Assembly (NCBI GenBank): GCA_003193925.1
Contig: PSPG01000004.1
Location: forward strand, 32,001 to 96,000
Reading direction: 5' to 3'
DNA: 64,000 nt
Source of the DNA: Candidatus Thalassarchaeum betae
GTDB taxonomy: Archaea; Thermoplasmatota; Poseidoniia; Poseidoniales; Thalassarchaeaceae
Notes under the pieces: model-generated
Database searches by the model: none
What the model saw: the letters and a program-made list of their open reading frames with translations, nothing else
What the model was told of the DNA's origin: nothing
In this document: positions 1 through 9,737 of the stretch, piece by piece
How the letters are laid out: each line of letters starts with the position of its first letter
How positions within the stretch are numbered: the stretch's first letter is position 1
Program-made: the position numbers and the translations under genes

Positions 1-2
1 TA

Positions 3-611
3 CGTTGGTGCACTGACCGGCTCAAAGCCTTGCGTCAAGGCTCTTTCTTACATGGGATAGCCCTGCTTAACCTCGCTGCATGGCACCGCAATCTAGGCGA
101 GACGATGATGGCGCTGGCGACCCATGCTGAGATTTCGCCTTCCAGTGGCCATCCGACTGAGATTCGTGGTCTATCCAGACTGGAAGCAGGCAGGATCATG
201 ATCGGGTTGAATGACCTAGACCCTGCCATGCGGCACCTTTGGACGGCTAGGGAGTGTCTTTCTCAGTGCGGTCTCACGACAGAGGCCCTAGCATCTTCGC
301 TGGAATGGCTGGATCTTGCTTTGGAGGAGATAGTGGAGGAATCTCCACGAATGAGTGAGAGGCTCGCTCAAGCTGCTCCCCGAGAGGGGGCCGGCTCGAC
401 TTGGGTACCCGCAAATCCCGAAGACGTCAGAGAGGTCGTCGAGGCGTTGATTCCTGTGCTATTGGCCGATGTCTCAGGTAATGAACGCAGTGATATCGGA
501 CTTATTCTAGATGCTTCCGATGTCCTGGGCGAGGATTCGTGGCATCAACTGGTCTCGGAAAGGATATCTGAGATTCAGGATCCGAAGGTCTGCGAAGCTC
601 TCCAATCGTGA
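3..611 (+). CDS. Hypothetical alpha-helical protein, 5'-truncated by the window edge
   Basis: The frame is open from position 3 to the stop at 611. Helical/TPR-like Leu-Ala-Glu pattern; no recognisable family. Confidence 0.6.
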   Translation, partial: RWCTDRLKALRQGSFLHGIALLNLAAWHRNLGETMMALATHAEISPSSGHPTEIRGLSRLEAGRIMIGLNDLDPAMRHLWTARECLSQCGLTTEALASSLEWLDLALEEIVEESPRMSERLAQAAPREGAGSTWVPANPEDVREVVEALIPVLLADVSGNERSDIGLILDASDVLGEDSWHQLVSERISEIQDPKVCEALQS

Positions 612-973
612 TTGAGTATCCTTTGAATCTCATCACTGCCCCAGCCAGTTTCTCTCGGAATCTCGATGCACCAACCGACCTCATCGATTTGTCTGTCAAA
701 GGATGGCCATGAAATCTGGCTCGGAGCCTCTTCTACCTCTACCCAGACGACATGACCACCCTCTACCAGAGTCGAATCGAGTGCCTTCGCTGTCCCGAGC
801 AGACCTGTCTCCTCGTACAACTCCCTCAAGGCAGCCTCGTCAAGCATCTCTCCTTCCATGACTTTTCCACCCGGGAGTTCCCATCCTCTATCACTGTTCA
901 GGACCATAATCCAGCTGAGCTCGTCGCTTTGGGTTGCTGAGGTAGTCCAAACCAGCACGTATTCATTAGGCAT
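575..973 (-). CDS. NUDIX hydrolase
   Basis: Nudix box GGKVMEGEMLDEAALRELYEETG. The ATG at 973 overlaps the end of the upstream TPR gene. Confidence 0.85.
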   Translation of the reverse strand: MPNEYVLVWTTSATQSDELSWIMVLNSDRGWELPGGKVMEGEMLDEAALRELYEETGLLGTAKALDSTLVEGGHVVWVEVEEAPSQISWPSFDRQIDEVGWCIEIPRETGWGSDEIQRILNHDWRASQTFGS

Positions 974-1955
974 CGTTGATTTCATCCCTGATTTCATTGA
1001 CTAGTTTCAGTGCCCCTTCGATCCCTTCGGCAGCCATTCTCCTAGCTAGAAAAAACGCCTCTGAAGCACGACCGCATGAGCGGAGACGGGAAACCTCCTC
1101 AAAGACGTCCGATGCTGCAGCGTCGACTTTTATATCGACTTCTGCCACTTCCTCGAATGAGGGCGCGGCAAGTTGCTGCATCCTCTCTAGGAATTGGACT
1201 CTCTGGGTAACTTCGGGAGCCTTCCAAGGGCCGGGCGAGCGACCATCCATCTTAGCCTCCATCCTTTTTCTGAACTGATCCCTAACGGGAATTTCAGGCA
1301 AGTTGATCTGAGCTTGGTCGTAGCACAGCCAAGCCTGGTCATGCTCTCCGCGCCTCTCGTGCATTCTACCGAGTTCAGCCCAAGACTCATGATTGGAGGG
1401 ACTCTGAGCCAACAGCACTCTAGCGAGCCCGAGATACTCATCTTCCCTGCCTGAGTCCCTCAGCCTTTCCAAGCGACGTGAGAACAAGGTGTTAGCCCTG
1501 TAGTCACTCAAATCGAGCATCTTGATTCTCTCCATGAAGGTGATGAGAGAATCTTCATTGGCCGATATAACGCCCCACCACTGGTCAGGATCCAGTGGAT
1601 CGGCGGCTAAAGCAGCCTCTAAAATTCCACTACCGGACTCCGACATGTCGATGTCATTCAACTGAGAAAGTTGTTCCGGGTCGCGCCCCAATATGATGAA
1701 TAATTCGTTCAGCACCGCTCGGATCCCTGTATCATCACCGATCTCCAACTTGACCCTCACTAGGACTCTCCAGTTATTCGGGTTGGTGAAGTCATGCAGC
1801 ACAGCTTGCCTCGCACTCTGCTCGGCCCACTTCAGATTATGTGAGTCAGCGGCGGAGAGTTTGAGAAATTTCTCAGCTTGGCTTCTATGACGATTTCCGA
1901 GACTACGCCTAGGGTGTTGAAGTTTTGCGGCGATGTCTTTGAAAGACTCGGCCAT
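966..1955 (-). CDS. TPR-containing hypothetical protein
   Basis: TPR-like segment SWAELGRMHERRGEHDQAWLCYDQA. It lies between ubiD and the Nudix gene on the same strand. Confidence 0.7.
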   Translation of the reverse strand: MAESFKDIAAKLQHPRRSLGNRHRSQAEKFLKLSAADSHNLKWAEQSARQAVLHDFTNPNNWRVLVRVKLEIGDDTGIRAVLNELFIILGRDPEQLSQLNDIDMSESGSGILEAALAADPLDPDQWWGVISANEDSLITFMERIKMLDLSDYRANTLFSRRLERLRDSGREDEYLGLARVLLAQSPSNHESWAELGRMHERRGEHDQAWLCYDQAQINLPEIPVRDQFRKRMEAKMDGRSPGPWKAPEVTQRVQFLERMQQLAAPSFEEVAEVDIKVDAAASDVFEEVSRLRSCGRASEAFFLARRMAAEGIEGALKLVNEIRDEINDA

Positions 1956-1963
1956 AGGAACCC

Positions 1964-3235
1964 TCACAGAACCGACTCATAAGGACCCCTGACGACTCCT
2001 AATGACAGAGTCGCGTCCATCCCGATCTTGCTGGTGGTGCCGTCTTCACTCCTGCTGGGGTCGAGACTCGAGCCCTTCTGACCCGAGAGGATGACAGTGT
2101 CGGTATCCGGCTGCCATCTGGTCATTAGTGCCCATTCGACCCTCGTGGGATCGGTTATGTCAATATCGTCATCTACAACGATCACCTGCTTCATTGAACG
2201 ATGACCGTTAAATGCTGCATGGATGGCACGGATCCCATCTCCATCATTCTGGGGTTTAATCTGCACTACTGACGATAGCCATCCGCAACCCCCCTCGGTC
2301 AGATACACGTCGGTGCACGGGACAACTTCGGAGACGGCTGCCTTGATGGTGGGCGCCCGAGGCGTGCCCATGAGCGTCCGATGCTCCACTCCCGCTGAGA
2401 TGAGCGCATGGAACACTGGGTCGTTGCGGTGGAAAATCGAATCGTATTCGATGACGGGCTCGTTTCTCACTTCATCTACTGTGCCTGTAATGTCCACATA
2501 TGGCCCTTCCTCATCGACATCCAAGGTAATTCGCGCCTCCATGGCATACTCGGCATCGGCAGGTACGGCTACTCCATTGGTCAGCCGCACTAATCGCAGA
2601 GGCTCCCCGTGAAGTCTCTCATGCAGTGCGGCTGCAACTGAGAGCTCGTCGAGGTTCTCGTCGAATGACATGGCAGCAGCCAGTAGGACAGTCGCATCCG
2701 CACCGTTGACCACAGCGATGTTGATTTCATCACCATTGGCCTTAGCAGTCTCGTACATCATACGAAGGTGGCGGGGTACGAAACGCGCGACAGTGTGGTT
2801 CGCATCACGGAGTAATTGTCGATGATAAGACATGTTCCTGATGCCGTCATACTCGGCGATGATCACAGAAGCTGACTGGTATCTCCCTCGGTCTTCTGCG
2901 TAATGCCAGGGGATCGGTAAGGCATGCAGGTTGACTGGTTTCTGTTGATTCTCGAGTACTTCGGCTTCGGAAGCATGGACCATGAGGGGTTCGGTAGGAT
3001 TAGCCATGCCCCACGCGAGAATGTCGATCAACTCACCCGGAGATACATCGAAGACTTCACAGAGCCTGTCTCTAATGAGGACATTCAGCGCGGCGCTGTG
3101 CCCCGGAGCCTCAGCGATATCATCGAAGACCACGGGATTCCCACCAAGGGTGTTCGTCCTGTCGCGCATTTCCAGTATGAGGCTGACTGGCTTGTTGTCT
3201 CGGGGTACTCCCGACAGCAAATCACGAAATCCCAT
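1964..3235 (-). CDS. UbiD-family prFMN-dependent decarboxylase, probably anhydromevalonate phosphate decarboxylase
   Basis: Motifs EGPYVDITGT, VVDDDIDI..P..VEWA, GSSLDPS and KIGMDAT. The EGP.VDITGT form resembles archaeal AMPD-type UbiD. Confidence 0.85.
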   Translation of the reverse strand: MGFRDLLSGVPRDNKPVSLILEMRDRTNTLGGNPVVFDDIAEAPGHSAALNVLIRDRLCEVFDVSPGELIDILAWGMANPTEPLMVHASEAEVLENQQKPVNLHALPIPWHYAEDRGRYQSASVIIAEYDGIRNMSYHRQLLRDANHTVARFVPRHLRMMYETAKANGDEINIAVVNGADATVLLAAAMSFDENLDELSVAAALHERLHGEPLRLVRLTNGVAVPADAEYAMEARITLDVDEEGPYVDITGTVDEVRNEPVIEYDSIFHRNDPVFHALISAGVEHRTLMGTPRAPTIKAAVSEVVPCTDVYLTEGGCGWLSSVVQIKPQNDGDGIRAIHAAFNGHRSMKQVIVVDDDIDITDPTRVEWALMTRWQPDTDTVILSGQKGSSLDPSRSEDGTTSKIGMDATLSLGVVRGPYESVL

Positions 3236-3369
3236 GATGTCTCCTCGTGGCCTAATCTGTTTCAATGTTAGCAACACCGGAGCACCCTAGGCCATTACTC
3301 ACCTACGGTGAGCCCGTCACGCTCTTATACCATAGGTTGGTCGGCGGGGCATCATTCTGTGGTGAACGC

Positions 3370-3810
3370 TTGGGTCGTGGATTATTCTCTGGACCTAAGA
3401 TGAAGAAAGACCGTAAGAAGTACCGATGGAAGGAGCGCAAGTTTCGGGATAGAGAATTCAAGCGTCGCCATGGTGGCGTTCTCAAGCACGACCCGTTGCG
3501 CGGCAGCACCCAGGCCAAGGGAATCGTCATCGAGAAGGTCGGCTTCGAGGCGAAGCAACCAAACTCAGGGATCCGCAAAGCCGTGAAAATTAGTCTGATA
3601 CGCACCGGCAATAAACTCACGGCCTTCGCTCCCGGAGACGGTGCAATTTCATTCATCGACGAGCACGATGAGGTCCTCGTTGAGGGAATCGGTGGCAGCA
3701 TGGGCCGTTCTTATGGCGATCTCCCCGGAGTTCGCTTCAAGGTAATCAAGGTCAATGGGGTCTCCCTTGACGAGATGGTGCGTGGCCGGAAGGAGAAACC
3801 AATTCGATGA
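3370..3810 (+). CDS. rps12: 30S ribosomal protein S12 (uS12), TTG start
   Basis: (M)[23 protein letters not shown] and [17 protein letters not shown] at 3361-3365 precedes the TTG at 3370. Confidence 0.95.
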   Translation: MGRGLFSGPKMKKDRKKYRWKERKFRDREFKRRHGGVLKHDPLRGSTQAKGIVIEKVGFEAKQPNSGIRKAVKISLIRTGNKLTAFAPGDGAISFIDEHDEVLVEGIGGSMGRSYGDLPGVRFKVIKVNGVSLDEMVRGRKEKPIR

Positions 3811-3819
3811 GGGTCTGTG

Positions 3820-4437
3820 ATGTCTGAGGAAGCGCAGGTCGAACAGGAGTCCTCCGAGGCCCCAATAGCGGGCATAGGGACCATGGTCTTCGGCAAGTGG
3901 GATGCGTCCGAAGTCACATGCGAAGATCCCGGCTTAGCCCCTTACATCAATCTCACAACAATTGGCACCCCCCATACTGGCGGCAGACACGCCAACCAAT
4001 GGTTCGGAAAGGCAAAGCTCTCAGTGATCGAGAGATTCATCAACAACCTCATGCGGACCGGCAAGTTTTCTGGTAAGAAGCAGCATTGTACCAAGGCTTG
4101 CGAAAGTGCATTCGACACCATTGCAACCCGTTTCGGAGAGAACCCTCTGCAGAAGTTCATCGATGCTATCGTTGAGGCTGCTCCCTGCGAGGAGACCACT
4201 AGGATCAAACTCGGTGCAGTGAGCCAGCCAAAGGCCGTGGACTCATCGCCCAGCCGCCGTCTTGACGTCGCACTCCGCAATATCGCAATCGGTTCCACCT
4301 CCTCCACGGCCAAGAGTCGCCGAACCCTCTCTGACGGAATAGTCATTGAATTGTCGAAGGCCTCTGAGGGTGACGTGAATTCATACTCAGTCGGGAAGAG
4401 GGAAGAGATTGAGAGGATTGCCGCGTCTGCTCGATGA
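3820..4437 (+). CDS. rps7: 30S ribosomal protein S7 (uS7)
   Basis: PHTGGRHA, IERFIN.LM, AVD.SP.RR.D.ALR and C-terminal E.ERIAASAR. Confidence 0.95.
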   Translation: MSEEAQVEQESSEAPIAGIGTMVFGKWDASEVTCEDPGLAPYINLTTIGTPHTGGRHANQWFGKAKLSVIERFINNLMRTGKFSGKKQHCTKACESAFDTIATRFGENPLQKFIDAIVEAAPCEETTRIKLGAVSQPKAVDSSPSRRLDVALRNIAIGSTSSTAKSRRTLSDGIVIELSKASEGDVNSYSVGKREEIERIAASAR

Positions 4438-4547
4438 TAGGTTCTTCGATAATCTTCGAAATCAGACTACTGAGGATTGAATGACTGAGACTCTCAATCG
4501 GCTTTATGAACCGTTGTTAGGTCACCGCATTATCCAGAGGTCTCGTC

Positions 4548-6755
4548 ATGGGTCGCAAGGAAGACAACATCAAGCGCGCGACTGTGGTTATGCATGACAG
4601 AGAGCGAATTCGCAACCTCGCTATCGCTGCTCATATAGACCACGGTAAGACTACCCTTTCAGACAATTTGATCGCCGGTGCGGGAATGATGTCAGAGGAT
4701 CTCGCTGGCAAGTCTAGGGTGCTTGACTTCGATCAGCAGGAGAGCGCGCGTGGGATCACCATCAACGCCGCGAGCGCCTCAATGGTACATACCGTAAATG
4801 GCTCTGACTACCTAATCAACCTCATCGACACCCCCGGCCACGTCGACTTCGGCGGTGACGTCACGAGGGCTATGCGAGCCGTGGATGGCTGTATCATACT
4901 GACCTGCGCTGTGGAAGGGGCTATGCCCCAGACAGAGACGGTTGTCAGGCAGGCCCTTAAGGAGAAAGTCAAGCCAGTCCTCTTCATCAACAAGGTAGAC
5001 CGCCTGATCAATGAGCTCCAAATCACTCCAGAGGACATGATGAAGAGGTTTGAAGAACAGATCAAGAAGGTTAACACCCTAATCAGGCTATTCGCTCCCG
5101 CGGAGCACCGAAATGACTGGCAAGTCAGCGTAACCGATGGTACAGTGGCTTTTGGCTCCGCGTATCACAATTGGGGGATAACCGTCCCCTACATGAAAAA
5201 GTCGGGAGTCAATTTCTCTCAAATCTTTGAGTACTGCCACAACGAGGAGCAGCGCGAACTCGCCAAGAAGGCACCCGTGCACGAGGTCCTCCTCGATATG
5301 TCCGTTGAGAAGCTGCCCTCGCCACTCGACGCCCAGAAATACAGAATCCCCAATATCTGGCAGGGGGAGTTGGAGTCCACAGTTGGTAAGGCAATGCTGG
5401 ATTGCGACCCCACTGGCCCCCTATCACTGATGATCACCAAGATCTGGATGGATCAACATGCGGGTGAGGTGGCCGTGGGGCGGTTATATTCCGGCACCAT
5501 TCATCAGGGCGATTCGGTGTGGGCGATAGGCGCCGCAAAGGCTGAGCGGGTGCAACAAGTCAGCATGATGGTAGGCAGCGACAGAATCTCTGTTCCCGAA
5601 GTCTCATCCGGCAACATAGTAGCTCTGACAGGCGTCCGAAGTGCTGCTGCTGGCGTTACTATCGCCAGAGAGCAGGATGCTACCCCTTTCGAGCCCATCA
5701 GACATTATTCGGAACCCGTTGTCACAGTGGCACTCGAGCCGAAAGCCATGAAGGATCTGCCCAAATTCATCGATGCCCTACGAGGTCTGGCCAAAGCAGA
5801 CGCCTCTCTTGAGGTGTCCACCAACCAGGAAACCGGCGAGGCACTGCTATCTGGTATGGGTGAACTCCACCTAGAGATAACAGTCTACAGATTGCAAGTG
5901 GAACAGGGGATAAAGGTGACAGTCAGTGAGCCAATCGTGGTTTATCGCGAATCCATTTCTGGGGACAACAAGGGAAGGGCGTTCGAAGGCAAGTCCCCTA
6001 ACCGCCACAATCGATTTTACATCGAGGCGGAGCCGTTGCCCGACGATGTAACCCAAGCGCTTCGAGAGGGTCAGTTTGGTGATGGGGCTGTGAGGAATCA
6101 GGATGCCAAGGGTGTTGGAGACAAGTTCTCCGAGTTCGGTATGAACAAGGATCTGATGAGAAAGATATACGCGATTTACGGCACCAACGTCTTCGTGAAC
6201 GACACAAAGGGAATCCAGAATCTACACGAGACCCGTGAGCTAATCATCGAGGGCTTCAACGATGTCTGCAAGAAGGGCCCAGTGGCCGATGAGCCATTGA
6301 TGGGGGTAATGATTCGGCTCGTCGACGCCAAACTTCACGAGGACGCCATACATCGAGGTCCGGCTCAGACCATCCCTGCAGTAAGGAACGCCATCAAGGG
6401 AGCACTTCTCCGTGCTAAGCCAGTCATCTTCGAGCCAATACAGAAGATTCGCATAGATGCCCCCAAAGATGTCATCGGAAGCGCGGCTCGTGAAGTGGAC
6501 AAGCGTAGGGGCACGATTGAGGACATGCCTATCGATGGGAATACAGCCAGTGTGGTAGGCAGGATGCCAGTGGCAGAAAGCTTCGGTTTCTCCAACGATA
6601 TCCGCGCTGCCACGCAAGGCCGCGCCATTTGGAACACGGAGAATGCCGGATACGTCCACCTCCCCCCGAGCCTCTTCGACAAAGTCACTTCAGAGATTAG
6701 GGAAAGGAAGGGATTGAAGGCCGAGATACCGGGTGAAGATCATTATACCGATTAA
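4548..6755 (+). CDS. fusA: Translation elongation factor EF-2
   Basis: AHIDHGKTT, RGITI, DTPGH, NKVD; diphthamide loop LHEDAIHRGPAQ. Confidence 0.97.
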   Translation: MGRKEDNIKRATVVMHDRERIRNLAIAAHIDHGKTTLSDNLIAGAGMMSEDLAGKSRVLDFDQQESARGITINAASASMVHTVNGSDYLINLIDTPGHVDFGGDVTRAMRAVDGCIILTCAVEGAMPQTETVVRQALKEKVKPVLFINKVDRLINELQITPEDMMKRFEEQIKKVNTLIRLFAPAEHRNDWQVSVTDGTVAFGSAYHNWGITVPYMKKSGVNFSQIFEYCHNEEQRELAKKAPVHEVLLDMSVEKLPSPLDAQKYRIPNIWQGELESTVGKAMLDCDPTGPLSLMITKIWMDQHAGEVAVGRLYSGTIHQGDSVWAIGAAKAERVQQVSMMVGSDRISVPEVSSGNIVALTGVRSAAAGVTIAREQDATPFEPIRHYSEPVVTVALEPKAMKDLPKFIDALRGLAKADASLEVSTNQETGEALLSGMGELHLEITVYRLQVEQGIKVTVSEPIVVYRESISGDNKGRAFEGKSPNRHNRFYIEAEPLPDDVTQALREGQFGDGAVRNQDAKGVGDKFSEFGMNKDLMRKIYAIYGTNVFVNDTKGIQNLHETRELIIEGFNDVCKKGPVADEPLMGVMIRLVDAKLHEDAIHRGPAQTIPAVRNAIKGALLRAKPVIFEPIQKIRIDAPKDVIGSAAREVDKRRGTIEDMPIDGNTASVVGRMPVAESFGFSNDIRAATQGRAIWNTENAGYVHLPPSLFDKVTSEIRERKGLKAEIPGEDHYTD

Positions 6756-8453
6756 TCAGTTGATGCGAATCAATTGGAAATCAGTGAGTTCCTTCAGGAC
6801 CTGAACGGCAGGATTGTCATCAAGCAGTTCGAGGCTTCGATGAGCGAGCGAATGGTGATGCATGGCCCTGTTTCTGGCATAGGCGGTGGAACCGCTTTCT
6901 TGCAATTCTCTGATAGCGGCGGCCAAATCATCATCGCTGCAATCACCAGCGCCGTAGACTTTCCTGAAATTAGGCAGATCAAGGCCGCTGGCGAGTGCAT
7001 GAATGGCAATCAGGGTCCTCTTACCATGGACTACATCAGAGCCCGCAGGCTTGCCGAGGGTCTCAGTATCGCCAGTGATGTCGATTAGGTCGTCCATCAA
7101 CTGAAAGCACAGACCGAGATTCAGTCCCCAAATGGCCATGTTATCAACTATCTCATCTGATGCCCCTGCGAGGATGGCTCCGGTCCTGGCGCAGGTCTCG
7201 AACATGGCACTGGTCTTGCCGGTGATCATAGCGATGTAATCCTCCTCTGTCACTGTATTCCTCTGCTCGAATTCGATGTCATCTTGTTGTCCTTCTGCCA
7301 CCTTCCTGACCATCTCACCAATGGCACTGACTAGGAAGGCTAGTTTATCAGCGTCAATCTCAGGAGATTCGGCTAGTATCTCGAAGCCTACTGCGAGCAT
7401 GGCATCGCCAGCGTTGATGGCTGTCGCATCATCGTATGCGACGTGAACAGCATCCAGGCCTCTACGAATAGGATCTTGGTCGATGATGTCATCGTGCACC
7501 AAGGTGAAGTTGTGAATTATCTCGATGGATGCACCTAGGGTATAATGCCCATCATGAGCTTCTCCGACAGCTTCTCCAACTAATCGAGGGATAATGGCTC
7601 TGAGTCTCTTCCCCCCTCCTGCGAAGAGGTGAGTCATGGCTCCATGTAGCCGCTCTTGCTGCATTTTGCCAAGGCTGTCCATGATTACTCCTTCGACCCG
7701 GTTCCGATGAGAGCCCAGTGCATCCAAGAAGGACTGGCCCGGAATCGCTGAAGGGCTGTCGATGGTCAATTCACCACATCTCACGATCTCTTCGCGCGCC
7801 GACTTGGCAATTGAATCGATATCAGGGTATTGAGGAGAGAGAAAGTGCTCCCAGATCATCTTGAACCACGGAGCGATGACCGTGCCACCCCAATGTCCAG
7901 CACCGTTCATCATCTCGCCTATATCCTCGGGATCGAGCCACCTAGTCTCGGATATCTCGTTGGGATTAGGGTGAATCTCCGCTTCAGCCTGAACTATCAG
8001 AACGTGGTCAATCTCGTGTTCGACCCAACTCTGATTCCATCTGCATCGATACTCGAAGGACCCAATGTGATTGAAATTCCACCGTGAGGTGACGCTCTTT
8101 GGTATACCCAGTTCCTGCTCGAGTTTTCTGCAGGCTGCTGCAATGACCCCCCCTGGTGAATCGGCATTCTCACCGGGGATGTCCAGCGGGTGGCTGCAGC
8201 AGGTATTGGCCCACACTCCTGGAAAGGTAATCTTCTCCGAAGCCCTCCTCTGGATGAGCAGTCGCCCCCGCGAGTCGAAGAGAACGACACTGAATGCACG
8301 ATGCCGATGTCCCTGACCGAGGTGGCATTCGATCTTGCTCAGTGAGCCCGTGCTTTGATCTTCGGAATCGACTAGTATGCACCTCTCCTCCATCATCCCG
8401 GCCTGGTCGTCGTCATGCCCTTGGAGCACTTCGGTCAGGTCAGCGCCATCCAT
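6756..8453 (-). CDS. Fusion of type-1 isopentenyl-diphosphate isomerase (N-terminal) and geranylgeranyl diphosphate synthase (C-terminal)
   Basis: N-half: HRAFS, KITFPGVWANTCCSHP, EHEIDH. C-half: GGKRLR, FTLVHDDIID..RRG, GQQDD, KT, FQLMDDLID. One continuous ORF; start 8453 or 8483. Confidence 0.9.
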   Translation of the reverse strand: MDGADLTEVLQGHDDDQAGMMEERCILVDSEDQSTGSLSKIECHLGQGHRHRAFSVVLFDSRGRLLIQRRASEKITFPGVWANTCCSHPLDIPGENADSPGGVIAAACRKLEQELGIPKSVTSRWNFNHIGSFEYRCRWNQSWVEHEIDHVLIVQAEAEIHPNPNEISETRWLDPEDIGEMMNGAGHWGGTVIAPWFKMIWEHFLSPQYPDIDSIAKSAREEIVRCGELTIDSPSAIPGQSFLDALGSHRNRVEGVIMDSLGKMQQERLHGAMTHLFAGGGKRLRAIIPRLVGEAVGEAHDGHYTLGASIEIIHNFTLVHDDIIDQDPIRRGLDAVHVAYDDATAINAGDAMLAVGFEILAESPEIDADKLAFLVSAIGEMVRKVAEGQQDDIEFEQRNTVTEEDYIAMITGKTSAMFETCARTGAILAGASDEIVDNMAIWGLNLGLCFQLMDDLIDITGDTETLGKPAGSDVVHGKRTLIAIHALASGLDLPNFRKVYGAGDCSDDDLAAAIRELQESGSTAYARNRAMHHHSLAHRSLELLDDNPAVQVLKELTDFQLIRIN

Positions 8454-8532
8454 GCTACCGGACAGGCGAGAAACCGCTCGCATATAATCGAAATGCTAAC
8501 TTCAGCAGCACACTGTACATCAGACAAGGGCG

Positions 8533-9324
8533 TCAATTGAGTATCTTGGTGCCGACCGTTTCGCCCTCAAGGACCACCTCTAACATTCGTTTTGGTTTAT
8601 GGCCATTCAGCAGCCATACCTGTTCGACAGAGGATGCGATCATAGAAGCGCACTCGGCTTTCAGTAGAATCCCTCCTGTAACATCAGTATCTGAGTCGTG
8701 TGACGCACGGATGGCATCCGCCGCAATCCATTGTTCGATGAGTGTAGCGCCAGGTTCCCATGGGGGGCCGTCCATGAGTCCGTCGGCGTCTCCCAGGAGG
8801 AATAGACAGGCGATTACATCAGGCAATTCGATACCCATCCTCACCATGATGTGGTCCCCGGACAGGATACCGAATTTTTGTTCTCCTGGGATGTCAACAA
8901 CATCCCCAAATGTGATGGGTATGGCATCTGAAGGACTCCTGATGAAGGCAGCTAGATCCCCCCCGAACGAAATACCCACACCTTTTGCCCAGTTCCTAGG
9001 CGGCAGTGACTCGGTATCAATACCCTGGGCTTCGAAGACAGAAATTACATGGTGATTCAACTCGAGCATGTCAGAGCGAACTTTGGTTACGGCTTCGTCC
9101 TGCTCTGCCTCGATATCGGGGTTGCATCCATCGGCGAGACCCCACTTCCTCGATTCGATGTGTCCGAATGAGCCTGCACCGTGTATTACTATGACTGAAT
9201 GACCGGAATCAATGATATCCTTGATGATTGGAACTACAGCTTCAATGCACTCAGCTTTCAGATGCTTGTACTGGGACTTGTCTGTAATCAGACCGCCTCC
9301 TAATTTGATGATCACACGGGGCAT
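8533..9324 (-). CDS. ipk: Isopentenyl phosphate kinase
   Basis: IKLGGGLITDK, HGAGSFGH, SGD, DVTGG..K amino-acid-kinase motifs; adjacent to IDI-GGPPS. Confidence 0.88.
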   Translation of the reverse strand: MPRVIIKLGGGLITDKSQYKHLKAECIEAVVPIIKDIIDSGHSVIVIHGAGSFGHIESRKWGLADGCNPDIEAEQDEAVTKVRSDMLELNHHVISVFEAQGIDTESLPPRNWAKGVGISFGGDLAAFIRSPSDAIPITFGDVVDIPGEQKFGILSGDHIMVRMGIELPDVIACLFLLGDADGLMDGPPWEPGATLIEQWIAADAIRASHDSDTDVTGGILLKAECASMIASSVEQVWLLNGHKPKRMLEVVLEGETVGTKILN

Positions 9325-9404
9325 GGGATCTCTCATTTGCCGCCAAGAGGTGCGAGTCTTAGCCTCTACCGTACTTTCATGACCTGCAGGCCTCTGTGCG
9401 CTTC

Positions 9405-9737
9405 ATGTCTGATTCTGACGTCATTGAGCAGTTCCAACGGTGGCTGCAGGCAAGATTGGCCATTTCTGAGGAGATCGTGGATCCATCTGAGAGGCAGAGG
9501 GCTGCTCTTCAAGTCGAATCGGCCATCCAACTCGCTATTCAATACCGCGATGTGGTGGACATGACGCCCGAGAACATAGCTCCTCCGTTCGTGGAGAGGG
9601 AGGATTCAGTGAGGATTATCTCAGATGACGAATCCATAAGATCCTCAGGGAGACAAGACGCCATAATCTGTCAGAAATGCGATGCTGAAATGACCGATGA
9701 CTTGGAATTCTGCCCTGCTTGTGGAGAGTACCCCTGA
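9405..9737 (+). CDS. Hypothetical protein with C-terminal zinc ribbon
   Basis: CQKC..FCPACG at the C-terminus. Confidence 0.7.
   Translation: MSDSDVIEQFQRWLQARLAISEEIVDPSERQRAALQVESAIQLAIQYRDVVDMTPENIAPPFVEREDSVRIISDDESIRSSGRQDAIICQKCDAEMTDDLEFCPACGEYP

Noticed and set aside
1964-3235. UbiD as the futalosine-pathway decarboxylase MqnL
   Set aside because: It has EGPYVDITGT rather than the EGPFGDHTGYY type and is not linked to the mqn genes; an AMPD-like role is preferred.
4433-4490. C/D box sRNA between rps7 and EF-2
   Set aside because: It has CTGA and TGA-like boxes, but the C box is imperfect and the guide spacing is implausible.
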